NCBI GenBank assembly: GCA_965240325.2
Contig: OZ251222.1
Coordinates: forward strand, 3,596,001 to 3,660,000
Source: Rebecca billardiae RCC1528
Taxonomy: Eukaryota > Protista > Haptophyta
Reading direction: 5' to 3'
Length of the DNA stretch: 64,000 nucleotides
Shown here: positions 1 through 13,004 of the stretch, one piece after another
How positions within the stretch are numbered: position 1 is the stretch's first letter
Layout: each line of letters starts with the position of its first letter
The notes under the pieces: model-generated
The model's input: only the letters and a program-made list of their open reading frames with translations
What the model was told of the DNA's origin: nothing
Database searches by the model: none
Position numbers and translations under genes: made by a program

Positions 1-760
1 GCGGTGGCGAGCTGGGCGGCGGTGGCGACGGCGGTGGCGATGGCGGCGGTGGCGGCGGCGGAGCTGGCGGCGGCGGGCTTGGTGGCGGGCTCGGAGGCGG
101 CGACGGCGGTGGCGGCGGTGGCGAGCTGGGCGGCGGTGGCGACGGCGGCGGCGATGGCGGCGGCGGCGGCGGCGGAGCTGGCGGCGGCGGGCTTGGTGGC
201 GGGCTCGGAGGCGGCGACGGCGGTGGCGGCGGTGGCGAGCTGGGCGGCGGTGGCGACGGCGGCGGCGATGGCGGCGGTGGCGGCGGCGGAGCTGGCGGCG
301 GCGGGCTTGGTGGCGGGCTCGGAGGCGGCGACGGCGGTGGCGGCGGTGGCGAGCTGGGCGGCGGTGGCGACGGCGGCGGCGATGGCGGCGGTGGCGGCGG
401 CGGAGCTGGTGGCGGCGGGCTTGGTGGCGGGCTCGGAGGCGGCGACGGCGGTGGCGGCGGTGGCGAGCTGGGCGGCGGTGGCGACGGCGGCGGCGATGGC
501 GGCGGTGGCGGCGGTGGAGCTGGCGGCGGCGGGCTTGGTGGCGGGCTCGGAGGTGGCGACGGCGGTGGCGGCGGTGGCGAGCTGGGCGGCGGTGGCGACG
601 GCGGTGGCGATGGCGGCGGTGGCGGCGGCGGAGCTGGCGGCGGCGGGCTTGGTGGCGGGCTCGGAGGCGGCGACGGCGGTGGCGGCGGTGGCGAGCTGGG
701 CGGCGGTGGCGACGGCGGCGGCGATGGCGGCGGCGGCGGCGGCGGAGCTGGCGGCGGCGG
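1..760. repeat. 114-bp (38-aa) coding tandem repeat, about 6.5 copies
   Basis: The unit gcggtggcgagctgggcggcggtggcgacg recurs at 1, 115, 229, 343, 457, 571 and 685. Confidence 0.9.
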
Positions 761-3700
761 GCTCGGCGGCGGGCTCGGCGGCGGGCTCGGCGGCGGGCTC
801 GGCGGAGGCGGCGGTGGCGGGCTCGGCGGCGGCGAGGGCGGCGGAAGCGGTGGCGGCGACGGCACGGCCGACGGCGGCGGGCTGGGCGGCGGCGACGGCG
901 GCGGGCTGGGCAGCGGCGAGGGTGGCGGGCTTGGCGGTGGTGACGGTGGAGCCGATGGCGGCGGCGACGGCGGCGGGCTCGGCGGCGGCGATGGCGGCGG
1001 CGGCGGCGGGCTCGGCGGCGGAGATGGCGGCTGCGACGGAAGTGGGCTCGGCGGTGGTGACGGTGGCGGCGGCGGCGGGCTCGGCGGTGGCGATGGCGGC
1101 TGCGACGGCGGCGGGCTTGGCGGTGGCGACGGCGGCGGTGACGGCGGCGGCGGCGGTGGGCTCGGCGGTGGAGATGGCGGCTGCGACGGCGGCGGACTCG
1201 GCGGTGGCGGTGGCGGTGGGCGCGCTGGCGGCGGGCTGGGCGGCGGGCTCGGCGGTGGCAACGGCGGCGGAGGCTGCGGGCTTGGCGGTGGAGACGGCGG
1301 TGGCAACGGCGGCGGGCTCGGCGTCGGCGACGGCGGCGGCGGCGGCGGGCTCGGCGGTGGAGACGGCGGTGGCGACGGCGGCGGGCTCGGCGGCGGGCTC
1401 GGCGGTGGCGGCGGCGGCGTTGGCGGCGGGCTCGGCGGTGGAGATGGCGGTGGCAACGGCGGCGGGCTCGGCGGCGGCGACGGCGGTGGAGGCGGCGGGC
1501 TCGGCGGTGGAGTCGGCGGTGGCGACGGCGGCGGGCTCGGCGGTGGCGGTGGCGGCGGGCTCGCCGGTGGCGGGCTCGCCGGCGGGCTCGGCGGTGGCGA
1601 CGGCGGCGGCGGCGGCGGGCTCGGCGGCGGAGATGGCGGCTGCGACGGAAGTGGGCTCGGCGGTGGTGACGGTGGCGGCGGCGGCGGGCTCGGCGGTGGC
1701 GATGGCGGCTGCGACGGCGGCGGGCTTGGCGGTGGCGACGGCGGCGGTGACGGCGGCGGCGGCGGTGGGCTCGGCGGTGGAGATGGCGGCTGCGACGGCG
1801 GCGGACTCGGCGGTGGCGGTGGCGGTGGGCGCGCTGGCGGCGGGCTGGGCGGCGGGCTCGGCGGTGGCAACGGCGGCGGAGGCTGCGGGCTTGGCGGTGG
1901 AGACGGCGGTGGCAACGGCGGCGGGCTCGGCGTCGGCGACGGCGGCGGCGGCGGCGGGCTCGGCGGTGGAGACGGCGGTGGCGACGGCGGCGGGCTCGGC
2001 GGCGGGCTCGGCGGTGGCGGCGGCGGCGTTGGCGGCGGGCTCGGCGGTGGAGATGGCGGTGGCAACGGCGGCGGGCTCGGCGGCGGCGACGGCGGTGGAG
2101 GCGGCGGGCTCGGCGGTGGAGTCGGCGGTGGCGACGGCGGCGGGCTCGGCGGTGGCGGTGGCGGCGGGCTCGCCGGTGGCGGGCTCGCCGGCGGGCTCGG
2201 CGGTGGCGACGGCGGCGGCGGCGGCGGGCTTGGCGGTGGAGATGGCGGTGGCGACGGCGGTGGGCTCGGCGGTGGCGGTGGCGGCGGGCTCGGCGGTGGA
2301 GGGCTTGGCGGCGGGCTCGGCGGCGGCAACGGTGGTGGTAGCGGCGGCGAGCGGGGGGGTGGTGGCGACGGCGGCGGCGATGGCGGCGGTGGCGGCGGCG
2401 GAGATGGCGGCGGCGGGCTGGGCGGCGGGCTCGGCGGCGGCGACGGCGGGGGCGGCGGTGGCGAGCTGGGTGGTGGTGGCGACGGCGGCGGCGATGGCGG
2501 CGGTGGCGGCGGCGGATTCGGCGGTGGCGGAGACGGCGGCGGGCTCGGCGGCGGCGACGGCGGAGGCGGCGGTGGCGAGCTGGGCGGCGGCGGTGACGGT
2601 GGCGGTGAAGGTGGTGGTGGCGGAGGTGGGCTGGGCGGCGGGCTTGGTGGTGGGGTGGGGGGCCGAGTCGGCGGCGGGCTGGGCGGCGGACTCGGCGGTG
2701 GGCTCAGCGGTGGCGCCGGAGGCGGGCTCGGCGGCGGGCTCGGCGGCGGGCTCGGGGGCGGGCTCGGGGGCGGAGTCGGGGGCGGACTGGGCGGAGGCGA
2801 CGACGGTGGACTCGGCGGTGGGCTGGGCGGAGGCGACGGCGGCGGGCTCGGCGGGGTGCTCGGTGGTGGGCTGGGCGGTGGGATCGGAGGCGGGCTCGGA
2901 GGTGGGCTGGGCGGCGGACTCGGCGGCGGTGGCGGCGGTGGACTCGGCGGAGGCGACGGCGGCGGATGTGGCGGCGGGCTGGGCGGTGGTGCAGACGGCG
3001 GGCTGGGCGGCGGGCTCGGAGGTGGGCTGGGCGGCGGGCTCGGGGGTGGGCTCGGAGGTCGACTGGGCGGCGGGCTGGGGGGCGGGCTGGGCGGCGCGCT
3101 CGGTGGTGGGCTCGGGGGGGGCGGCGGCAGCGGACTGGGCGGAGGCGACGGCGGGGGACTCGGAGGTGGGCTGGGTGGTGGCGACGGCGGTGGGCTCGGC
3201 GGCTGGCTCGGGGGCAGGCTGGGCGGCGGGCTTGGGGGGGGCGCCGGTGGCGGACTGGGCGGAGGCGACGGCGGTGGATTCGGCGGTGGGCTCGGCGGCA
3301 GCGACGGCGGCGGGCTCGGCGGCGGGCTCGAAGGTGGGCTGCGCGGCGGACTTTGGGGCGGGCTGGGAGGCGGCGACGGCGGCGGCGGAGGGAATGGCAA
3401 ATCTGGAAAGCTCAGGAGGGTGACTGGCGGCACGGCTGCGAGCAGCTCCGGGGTGCCGGTCCCGACGGAGCCACCCGCCGACGGCTGCCCGAGCTGGCCG
3501 TCCCCGTTCTTTCCCCTGTGGACGCAGCGGCGCGGCAGGGTCGTGCAGGCGGGTAAGCGCGCGACCCCACCACGCCGCCGCCGGGCGTGGCAGGCGGGCG
3601 AGCGCATGGCCTGGACACCACGCCGCCACCCATGCCAGCCAGCCGTCTTGGCCGCCACGCTTCGCGCGCGCGCTCCGGGCGCGCGGCGCGCCGGGCCGCG

Positions 3701-6700
3701 CACCAGCACTTGACGAGCGGCTCGTCGGGCGAGGTCGCGTCCGTGTACATACAGCACGTGTGGTACTCGCCAACGCCCACGCGAAGCACCGAGACGGGCG
3801 CGGCGCTCGACACGCTTATGGCGGGCAGGCTGGCGTCGAGGGGAAACACGGCTGATGTGTCGCTCTCGTCCAGGCCGAGGGAACCTTGTATGTTGAGGCC
3901 CCTGCGATCGCAAGCGAGCGGCAGGAGTGCGCGCACGCCGGGAGGCGGACAGGCCGCACCTCATGCATGTGCGGGCGTGCGAGCGCCCCCGCCGCGCGCG
4001 TGGAACGCCGCATGGATCGGTGCGTCAGCCGCCGTGCGCCCGACTGCGCGCGCACCAGCACTTGAGCTTGTTGCCGCTCGGGTCGGCCGAGTCCCAGTAC
4101 ACCGCGCACGCGTGATGGAGGTGGATGGAGATGTCGAGAGCGCCGGACGCGCCCCCAGCCGGATACAGGTCGAGCGGCCCCAACTGGTTGGCCTCGAAGG
4201 GATCATCGCCCAGGCTGTCCGTGCGGCTGCCTGCGAGCAGTGGGCGCGCCGCGCTCGCGCCGGACGTGAGGCGCGCGCGCGCCAAGCAAGCACGTGGGCG
4301 TGTGTCGCATGTGCGCGCGACACGCACCCCGCCCGGCCTGGGACCAGAGGTTGTAACCCCAGCACTTGATCGCGAGCGCGTCGGTCTCTGGGTCGCACGG
4401 CGCTCCGCACAGCAGGGCGCACGTCGAATGGCCACCGGCCGACACGCGCACCACGTTGAGCCCGGACTGGCTCACTTCGTGGAACAGGTAGACCTCAGGC
4501 AGCAAATTGCTCATGCCGCCATAGTCCAGCTTGCCGCGGTCGAATTGGTCGCCGTAGCCGAGCTGGCCGTAGTAGTTGTCGCCTGCGCGGCGATGGCGGC
4601 GGTTCGCGTGGACGCGCATACGGCCGAGCACAGGCGGCAGCGGCGTCAGCACGCCGCGAGCGCACCGCGCCAGCTCCACCTGGCCCGCCGAGATCGGCCG
4701 GGCTGGCCGGGCGTGCTGTGCGCGCGGGGGGCATCGCGCGAGCGCGCACCCCAGCACTTGAGCCGGGTGCCCACCTGAGCGTTCAGCACGACGATCGCGC
4801 ACGTGTGGTCCCGGCCAGCGTCGACATCGACCACCTGCAGCACGTCCGGGCCCAGTGCGACCACCTTCGGATAGCGCACGAAACTCTCGGCGGAGTAGCT
4901 CGTGCCGGTCTGGCCATTCCCATCGGCCCCGAAGCAGCTGAGCGCCGTCGTGCCCGCGGTCTCGTGCAGCACGCACGAATGGAACCTGCCGGCTGCCACC
5001 TTGAGAGCGCGCGCGCCCGCGCCCAGCGCCAGGCTGCGCCCCGAGTCGTACAGCGCGCCCGCGCGGTAGTCCTCGTAATCGCCCTGGCCGAGCTGACTTT
5101 GGCCGCCCCGACCGAAGCAGTACGCATCGCCCGAGGCCAGCACGACGCACGTGTGCTGTTCACCAGCGCCCACGTCCACGATGGGCTCGCCGCCAAAGTG
5201 CGCGTTGAGCGCGTCCGGGTGCGGCTCCGCCCAGAGCAACGGATCGGCGCCCTCGCCGGCCTCGCCGTAGAAGTTGCTGCCCCAGCAGGCGGTGGTGGCG
5301 AGTGCGCGCACGCACGTGCGATCGCCGCCGAGGGCGAGCTCCGTGACCGCGTTGGGCACGCCCGGCGGCGGCGGGCTCGGCGGCGGGCTCGACGGCGGGT
5401 GCGGTGGCAGGCTCGGCGGCGAGCTGGGCGGCGGCGGGCTCGGTGGTGGGCTGGGCGGCGGGCTCGGCGGCGGGCTGGGCGGCGGGCTCGGCGGCGGCGG
5501 GCTGGGCGGCGGGCTCGGTGGCGGCGGGCTCGGCGGCGGGCTCGGCGGCGGGGGCGGCGGCGGGCTGGGCGGCGGGCTGGGCGGTGGGCTGGGCGGCGGG
5601 CTCGGCGGTGGAGGTGGGCTCGGGGGCGGGCTGGGCGGCGGCGGGCTGGGCGGCGGGCTGGGCGGCGGAGGTGGGCTGGGTGGCGGGCTGGGCGGCGGGC
5701 TGGGCGGCGGGCTGGGCGGCGGGGACGGCGGCGGGCTGGGCGGCGGAGGTGGGCTGGGTGGCGGGCTGGGCGGCGGGCTGGGCGGCGGGCTGGGCGGCGG
5801 GCTGGGCGGCGGGCTGGGCGGCGGGCTGGGCGGCGGGGACGGCGGCGGGCTGGGCGGCGGAGGGCTGGGCGGCGGGGACGGCGGCGGGCTGGGCGGCGGG
5901 CTTGGCGGCGGGCTGGGCGGCGGGCTTGGCGGCGGGCTGGGCGGCGGGCTCGGCGGCGGGCTCGGCGGCGGGCCGGGCGGGCTGGGAGGCGGCGACGGCG
6001 GCGGTGGGAACGGCATGTCGGTGAAGCCAAGCGCCGGCACGGCTGCGAGCAGCTCCGGGGTGCCGGTCCCGACGGAGCCGATGGCAGTCGGCTGCCCGAG
6101 CCGGCCGTCCTTGTTCCATCCCCTGTGGGCGCAGCGGCACGGCGGCGAGCGAGCAGGCGGGTAAGCGCGCGACCCCACCACGCCGCCGCCGGGCGTGGCA
6201 GGCGGGCGAGCGCATGGCCTGGACACCACGCCGCCACCCATGCCAGCCAGCCGTCTTGGCCGCCACGCTTCGCGCGCGAGCGCCGGGCGCGCGGCGCGCC
6301 GGGCCGCGCACCAGCACTTGACGAGCGGATCGACGGGCGAGGTCGCGTCCGTGTACATGCAGCACGTGTGGTACTCGCCAACGCCCACGCGAAGCACCGA
6401 GACGGGCGAGGCGCTCGACACGCTTATGGCGGGCAGGCTGGCGTCGAGGGGAAACACGGCTGACGTGTCGCTCTCGTCCAGGCCGAGGGCGCCTTGTATG
6501 TTGCGGCCCCTGCGATCGCAAGCGAGCGGCAGGCGCGCGCGCACGCCGGGAGGCGGACAGGCCGCACCTCATGCATGTGCGGGCGGGCGAGCGCCCCCGC
6601 GCCGCGCGCGTGGAACGCCGCAAGGATCGGTGCGTCAGCCGCATCACGCGCCCCCGCCGCGCGCGCACCAGCACTTGAGCTTGTTGCCGCTCGGGTCGGC

Positions 6701-9700
6701 CGAGTCCCAGTACACCGCGCACGCGTGATGGAGGTGGATGGAGACGTCGAGAGCGCCATGCTGGGCGCCGATCGGGTGCAGGTCGATCGGCCCCAACTGG
6801 AAAACCTCGAAGGGGTCGTCGCCCACGTTGTCCGTGCTGCTGCCTGCAAGCAGTGGGCGCGCCGCGCTCGCGCCGGACGTGAGGCGCGCGCGCGCCAAGC
6901 AAGCACGTGAGCGTGTGTGGCGCGCGCGCGCAACACGCACCCTGCCCGGCCTGGGACCAGAGGTTGGAGCCCCAGCACTTGATCGCGAGCGCGTCGGTCT
7001 CGGAGTCGCACGGCAGTGCGCACAGCAGGGCGCACGTGGAATGGCCACCGGCCGACACGCGCACCGCGTCGACCCCATTCCCATTCTGGCTCACTTGGGG
7101 GTCCAGGCGGATCGGAGGCAGCCCGTCGCCCATCGTCGACGCTGACTCGCCGCGGTCTAGGACGTCGTCGTAGCCGAGCTGGCCGTAGTAGTTGTCGCCT
7201 GCGCGGCGATGGTGGCGGTTCGCGTGGACGCGCATACGGCCGAGCACAGGCGGCAGCGGCGTCAGCACGCCGCGAGCGCACCGCGCCAGCTCGACCTGGC
7301 CCGCCGAGATCGGCCGGGCTGGCCGGGCGTGCCGTACGCGCGGGGGGCATCGCGCGAGCGCGCACCCCAGCACTTGAGCCGGGTGCCCACAAAGAAGCTC
7401 ATCGACACGATCGCGCACGAGTGGTCCCGGCCAGTGTCCACATCGAGCACCTGCAGCACGTTCGCGCCCAGCGCGACCACCTTCGGATAGCGCACGAAAT
7501 TCTCGGCGGAGTTGCTCGTGCCGGTCTGGCCATTCCCATTGGACCCGAAGCAGCTGAGCGCCGTCGTGCCCGCGGTCTCGTGCAGCACGCACGAATGCAA
7601 CCTGCCGGCTGCCACCTTGAGAGCGCGCGCGCCCGCGCCCAGCGCCAGGCTGCGCCCCGAGTCGTACAGCGCGCCCGCGCGGTAGTCCTCGTAATCGCCC
7701 TGGCCGAGCTGACTTTGGCCGCCCCGACCGAAGCAGTACGCATCGCCCGAGGCCAGCACGACGCACGTGTGCCATTTGCCAGCGCTCGCGTCCACGATGA
7801 GCTCGCCGCCAAAGTGCGCGTTGAGCGCGTCCGGGTGCGGCTCCGCCCAGAGCAACGGATCGGCGCCCTCGCCGGCCTCGCCGTAAAAGTTGCTGCCCCA
7901 GCAGGCGGTGATGGCGAGTGCGCGCACGCACGTGCGATCGCCGCCGAGGGCGAGGTCCGTGACCGCGTTAGGCACGCCCGGCGGCGGCGGGCTCGGCGGC
8001 GGGCTCGGCGGCGGCGGGCTCGGCGGCGGGCTCGGCGGCGGCGGGCTGGGCGGCGGGCTGGGCGGTGGGCTGGGCGGCGGGCTCGGCGGTGGAGGTGGGC
8101 TCGGGGGCGGGCTGGGCGGCGGCGGGCTGGGCGGCGGGCTGGGCGGTGGAGGTGGGCTCGGGGGCGGGCTGGGCGGCGGCGGGCTGGGCGGCGGGCTGGG
8201 CGGTGGAGGTGGGCTCGGGGGCGGGCTGGGCGGCGGCGGGCTGGGCGGCGGGGACGGCGGCAGGCTGGGCGGCGGAGATGGGCTGGGGGGCGGCGGGCTG
8301 GGCGGCGGGCTGGGCGGCGGGGACGGCGGCGGGCTGGGCGGCGGGCTTGGCGGCGGGCTGGGCGGCGGGCTTGGCGGCGGGCTGGGCGGCGGGCTCGGCG
8401 GCGGGCTCGGCGGCGGGCCGGGCGGGCTGGGAGGCGGCGACGGCGGCGGTGGGAACGGCATGTCGGTGAAGCCAAGCGCCGGCACGGCTGCGAGCAGCTC
8501 CGGGGTGCCGGTCCCGACGGAGCCGATGGCAGTCGGCTGCCCGAGCCGGCCGTCCTTGTTCCATCCCCTGTGGGCGCAGTGGCACGGCGGCGAGCGAGCA
8601 GGCGGGTAAGCGCGCGAGCCCACCACGCCGCCGCCGGGCGTGGCAGGCGGGCAAGCGCATGGCCTGGACACCACGCCGCCACCCATGCCAGCCAGCCGTC
8701 TTGGCCGCCACGCTTCGCGCGCGCGCTCCGGGCGCGCGGCGCGCCGGGCCGCGCACCAGCACTTGACGAGCGGATCGACGGGCGAGGTCGCGTCCGTGTA
8801 CATACAGCACGTGTGGTACTCGCCAACGCCCACGCGAAGCACCGAGACGGGCGAGGCGCTCGACACGCTTATGGCGGGCAGGCTGGCGTCGAGGGGAAAC
8901 ACGGCTGACGTGTCGCTCTCGTCCAGGCCGAGGATGCCTTGGATGTTGAAACCCCTGAGATCGCAAGCGAGCGGCAGGCGCGCGCGCACGCCGGGAGGCG
9001 GACAGGCCGCACCTCATGCATGTGCGGGCGGGCGAGCGCCCCCGCCGCGCGCGTGGAACGCCGCATCGATCGGTGCGTCAGCCATCGCGCGCCCGACCGC
9101 GCGCGCACCAGCACTTGAGCTTGTTGCCGCTCGGGTCGGCCGAGTCCCAGTACACCGCGCACGCGTGATGGAGGTGGATGGAGACGTCGAGAGCGCCATG
9201 CTGGGCGCCGATCGGGTGCAGGTCGAGCGGCCCCAACTGGAAAACCTCGAAGGGGTCGTCGCCCACGTTGTCCGTGCTGCTGCCTGCGAGCAGTGGGCGC
9301 GCCGCGCTCGCGCCGGACGTGAGGCGCGCGCGCGCCAAGCAAGCACGTGAGCGTGTGTGGCGCGCGCGCGCAACACGCACCCTGCCCGGCCTGGGACCAG
9401 AGGTTGGAGCCCCAGCACTTGATCGCGAGCGCGTCGGTCTCTGGGTCGCACGGCAGTGCGCACAGCAGGGCGCACGTGGAATGGCCACCAGCCGACACGC
9501 GCACCGCGTCGACCCCATTCCCATTCTGGCTCACTTGGTGGTCCAGGCGGATCGGAGGCAGCCCGTCGCCCATCGTCGACGCTGACCCGCCGCGGTCTAG
9601 GACGTCGTCGTAGCCGAGCTGGCCGTAGTAGTTGTCGCCTGCGCGGCGATGGTGGCGGTTCGCGTGGACGCGCATACGGCCGAGCACAGGCGGCAGCGGC

Positions 9701-12700
9701 GTCAGCACGCCGCGAGCGCACCGCGCCAGCTCGACCTGGCCCGCCGAGATCGGCCGGGCTGGCCGGGCGTGCTGTGCGCGCGGGGGGCATCGCGCGAGCG
9801 CGCACCCCAGCACTTGAGCCGGGTGCCCACAAAGAAGCTCATCGACACGATCGCGCACGAGTGGTCCCGGCCAGTGTCCACATCGAGCACCTGCAGCACG
9901 TTCGCGCCCAGCGCGACCACCTTCGGATAGCGCACGAAATTCTCGGCGGAGTTGCTCGTGCCGGTCTGGCCATTCCCATTGGACCCGAAGCAGCTGAGCG
10001 CCGTCGTGCCCGCGGTCTCGTGCAGCACGCACGAATGCAACCTGCCGGCTGCCACCTTGAGAGCGCGCGCGCCCGCGCCCAGCGCCAGGCTGCGCCCCGA
10101 GTCGTACAGCGCGCCCGCGCGGTAGTCCTCGTAATCGCCCTGGCCGAGCTGACTTTGGCCGCCCCGACCGAAGCAGTACGCATCGCCCGAGGCCAGCACG
10201 ACGCACGTGTGCCATTTGCCAGCGCTCGCGTCCACGATGGGCTCGCCGCCAAAGTGCGCGTTGAGCGCGTCCGGGTGCGGCTCCGCCCAGAGCAACGGAT
10301 CGGCGCCCTCGCCGGCCTCGCCGTAGAAGTTGCTGCCGAAGCAGGCGGTGATGGCGAGAGCGCGCACGCACGTGCGATCGCCGCCGAGGGCGAGGTCCGT
10401 GACCGCGTTGGGCACGCCCGGCGGCCGCGGGCTCGGCGGCGGGCTCGGCGGCGGGCTCGGCGGCGGGCGCGGTGGCGGGCTCGGCGGCGGGCTGGGCGGC
10501 GGCGGGCTCGGTGGTGGGCTCGGCGGCGGGCTGGGCGGCGGGCTCGGTGGTGGTGACGGTGGCGGGCTGGGCGGGGGGAACGGCGGTGGTGACAGCGGCG
10601 GGCTGAGCGGCGAGCTGGGTGGTGGTGGCGACGGCGGCGGCGATGGCGGTGGCGGCGGCGGCGGGCTTGGCGGTGGCGGGCTTGGGGGCGGGCTCGGGGG
10701 TGGCGACGGCGGCGGCGTCGGCGGCTGCGTCGGCGGCGGGCTGGGCGGTGGCGACGGCGAGGGCGGCGGCGAGGGCGGTGGCGACGGCGGATGCGACGGC
10801 GGCGGGCTTGGAGGAGGCGACGGCGAGGGCGGCGGCGAGGGCGGCGGCGTCGGCGGATGCGACGGCGGCGGGCTGGGCGGTGGCGACGGCGAGGGCGGCG
10901 GCGAGGGCGGCGGCGACGGCGGCTGCGTCGGCGGCGGGCTGGGCGGTGGCGACGGCGAGGGCGGCGGCGAGGGCGGCGGCGACGGCGGATGCGACGGCGG
11001 CGGGCTTGGAGGAGGCGACGGCGAGGGCGGCGGCGAGGGCGGTGGCGTCGGCGGATGCGACGGCGGCGGTGATGGTGGCGGCGACAGCGAGGGCGGCGGC
11101 GAGGGCGGTGGCGACGGCGGATGCGACGGCGGCGGGCTTGGAGGAGGCGACGGCGAGGGCGGCGGCGAGGGCGGCGGCGTCGGCGGATGCGACGGCGGCG
11201 GGCTGGGCGGCGGCGAGGGCGAGGGCGGCGGCGAGCGCGGCGGCGACGGCGGATGCGACGGCGGCGGGCTGGGCGGCGGCGACGGCGAGGGCGGCGGCGA
11301 GGGCGGCGGCGACGGCGGCTGCGACGGCGGCGGGCTTGGAGGAGGCGACGGCGAGGGCGGCGGCGAGGGCGGCGGCGTCGGCGGATGCGACGGCGGCGGG
11401 CTGGGCGGTGGCGACGGCGAGGGCGGCGGCGAGGGCGGCGGCGACGGCGGCTGCGTCGGCGGCGGGCTGGGCGGTGGCGACGGCGAGGGCGGCGGCGAGG
11501 GCGGCGGCGACGGCGGATGCGACGGCGGCGGGCTTGGAGGAGGCGACGGCGAGGGCGGCGGCGAGGGCGGTGGCGTCGGCGGATGCGACGGCGGCGGTGA
11601 TGGTGGCGGCGACAGCGAGGGCGGCGGCGAGGGCGGTGGCGACGGCGGATGCGACGGCGGCGGGCTTGGAGGAGGCGACGGCGAGGGCGGCGGCGAGGGC
11701 GGCGGCGTCGGCGGATGCGACGGCGGCGGGCTGGGCGGCGGCGAGGGCGAGGGCGGCGGCGAGCGCGGCGGCGACGGCGGATGCGACGGCGGCGGGCTGG
11801 GCGGCGGCGACGGCGAGGGCGGCGGCGAGGGCGGCGGCGACGGCGGCTGCGACGGCGGCGGGCTTGGAGGAGGCGACGGCGAGGGCGGCGGCGAGGGCGG
11901 CGGCGTCGGCGGATGCGACGGCGGCGGGCTGGGCGGCGGCGACGGCGAGGGCGGCGGCGAGCGCGGCGGCGACGGCGGATGCGACGGCGGCGGGCTGGGC
12001 GGCGGCGACGGCGAGGGCGGCGGCGAGGGCGGCGGCGACGGCGGCTGCGACGGCGGCGGGCTTGGAGGAGGCGACGGCGAGGGCGGCGGCGAGGGCGGCG
12101 GCGACGGCGGATGCGACGGCGGCGGGCTTGGAGGAGGCGACGGCGAGGGCGGCGGCGAGGGCGGCGGCGACGGCGGCTGCGTCGGCGGCGGGCTGGGCGG
12201 TGGCGACGGCGAGGGCGGCGGCGAGCGCGGCGGCGACGGCGGATGCGACGGCGGTGGGCTGGGCGGTGGCGACGGCGAGGGCGGCGGCGAGGGCGGCGGC
12301 GAGGGCGGCTGCGACGGCGGCGGGCTTGGAGGAGGCGACGGATGAGGAGGTGGAGACGGCGGCGGCGTCGGCGGCTGCGTCGGCGGTGGGCTGGGCGGTG
12401 GCGACGGCGAGGGCGGCGGCGAGGGCGGCGGCGACGGCGGCTGCGACGGCGGCGGGCTTGGAGGAGGCGACGGCGAGGGCGGCGGCGAGGGCGGCGGCGA
12501 CGGCGGCTGCGACGGCGGCGGGCTGGGCGGCGGCGACGGCGAGGGCGGCGGCGAGGGCGGTGGGCTCGGCGGCGCGCTCGGCTGCGCGGACACGATGGAT
12601 GCTTGAACACTCAGCAGCAGCGCGCACATGCCCAGCAGGCTGCGCTTCGATGCTGATCCGCGCCCCGCAGCGCCGCCCTGCGAGTAGTGGCTGCGCCGCG

Positions 12701-13004
12701 CAGGTGCGCGAAGGCGAGACGTGGCCCCTGCGGGCATCGGCCTTGAAGGTGGGCTTGGAGGGGTACGCTGGCTCTGTGTTTCACCAGCGTGCACGCACAC
12801 GCGCGCGCGCACGCCAGCACAGGGCGCGGGAGCGCGCGTGCCGCGCATTCCGCGCGTGGTCAGTGTGCGTGCGCCATGATCGCCCCGCGCGAGGCGCGCA
12901 CAGGCACGAGGTTTACAGCGCCGCGCATGCGGTGTCACCTTGGGGAGCCCGCGGGCGGCTGCGAGTGCGCAGAAGAAGATGATCGCACTCGTCAGCATCG
13001 TCAT
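1..13004 (-). CDS. Giant secreted Ser/Pro-rich (extensin-like) protein with three tandem RCC1/BLIP-II-like beta-propeller modules; multi-exon, 3' end beyond the window start
   Basis: Signal-peptide-like start MTMLTSAIIFFCALAAARG at ATG 13004, followed by a possible GT donor at 12938. SPPP rods lie at about 12580-10420, 8450-7980, 6005-5365 and 3390-1. Each module has seven xAGxxHTC...C(W/F)GxNxxGQLG-type repeats. Module-3 introns 4583-4749, 4231-4327, 3902-4055 and 3516-3703 (GT-AG) restore the frame. The 5' exon structure is uncertain. Confidence 0.8.
1010..2230. repeat. 609-bp near-perfect tandem duplication within the Pro-rich rod
   Basis: gagatggcggctgcgacggaagtggg occurs at 1021 and 1630, and the downstream sequence appears identical. 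Confidence 0.85.
3400..10420 (-). repeat. Three tandem ~2-kb RCC1-module copies (exons plus introns) separated by variable SPPP linkers
   Basis: Copies at about 3400-5365, 6005-7980 and 8450-10420. The period is 2440 bp between 6961 and 9401. Intron sequences are nearly identical between copies. Confidence 0.95.
10740..12560. repeat. Coding minisatellite (66-bp-type PSPPPSPPPSHPP units) with a 528-bp higher-order duplication
   Basis: Regular gagggcggcggcgagggc spacing. The variant gatggtggcggcgacagcgag recurs 528 bp apart (about 11071 and 11599). Confidence 0.85.

Noticed and set aside
1-12560. CRISPR-like array
   Set aside because: The repeats are in-frame coding units with no unique spacers, there are no cas genes, and the context is eukaryotic.
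4-12982. Long plus-strand Ala-rich, Gly-rich and Arg-rich ORFs (e.g. 4-3423, 10330-12345)
   Set aside because: Shadow frames of the minus-strand SPPP repeat. Only the Pro frame is continuous with the RCC1 domains and a signal peptide.
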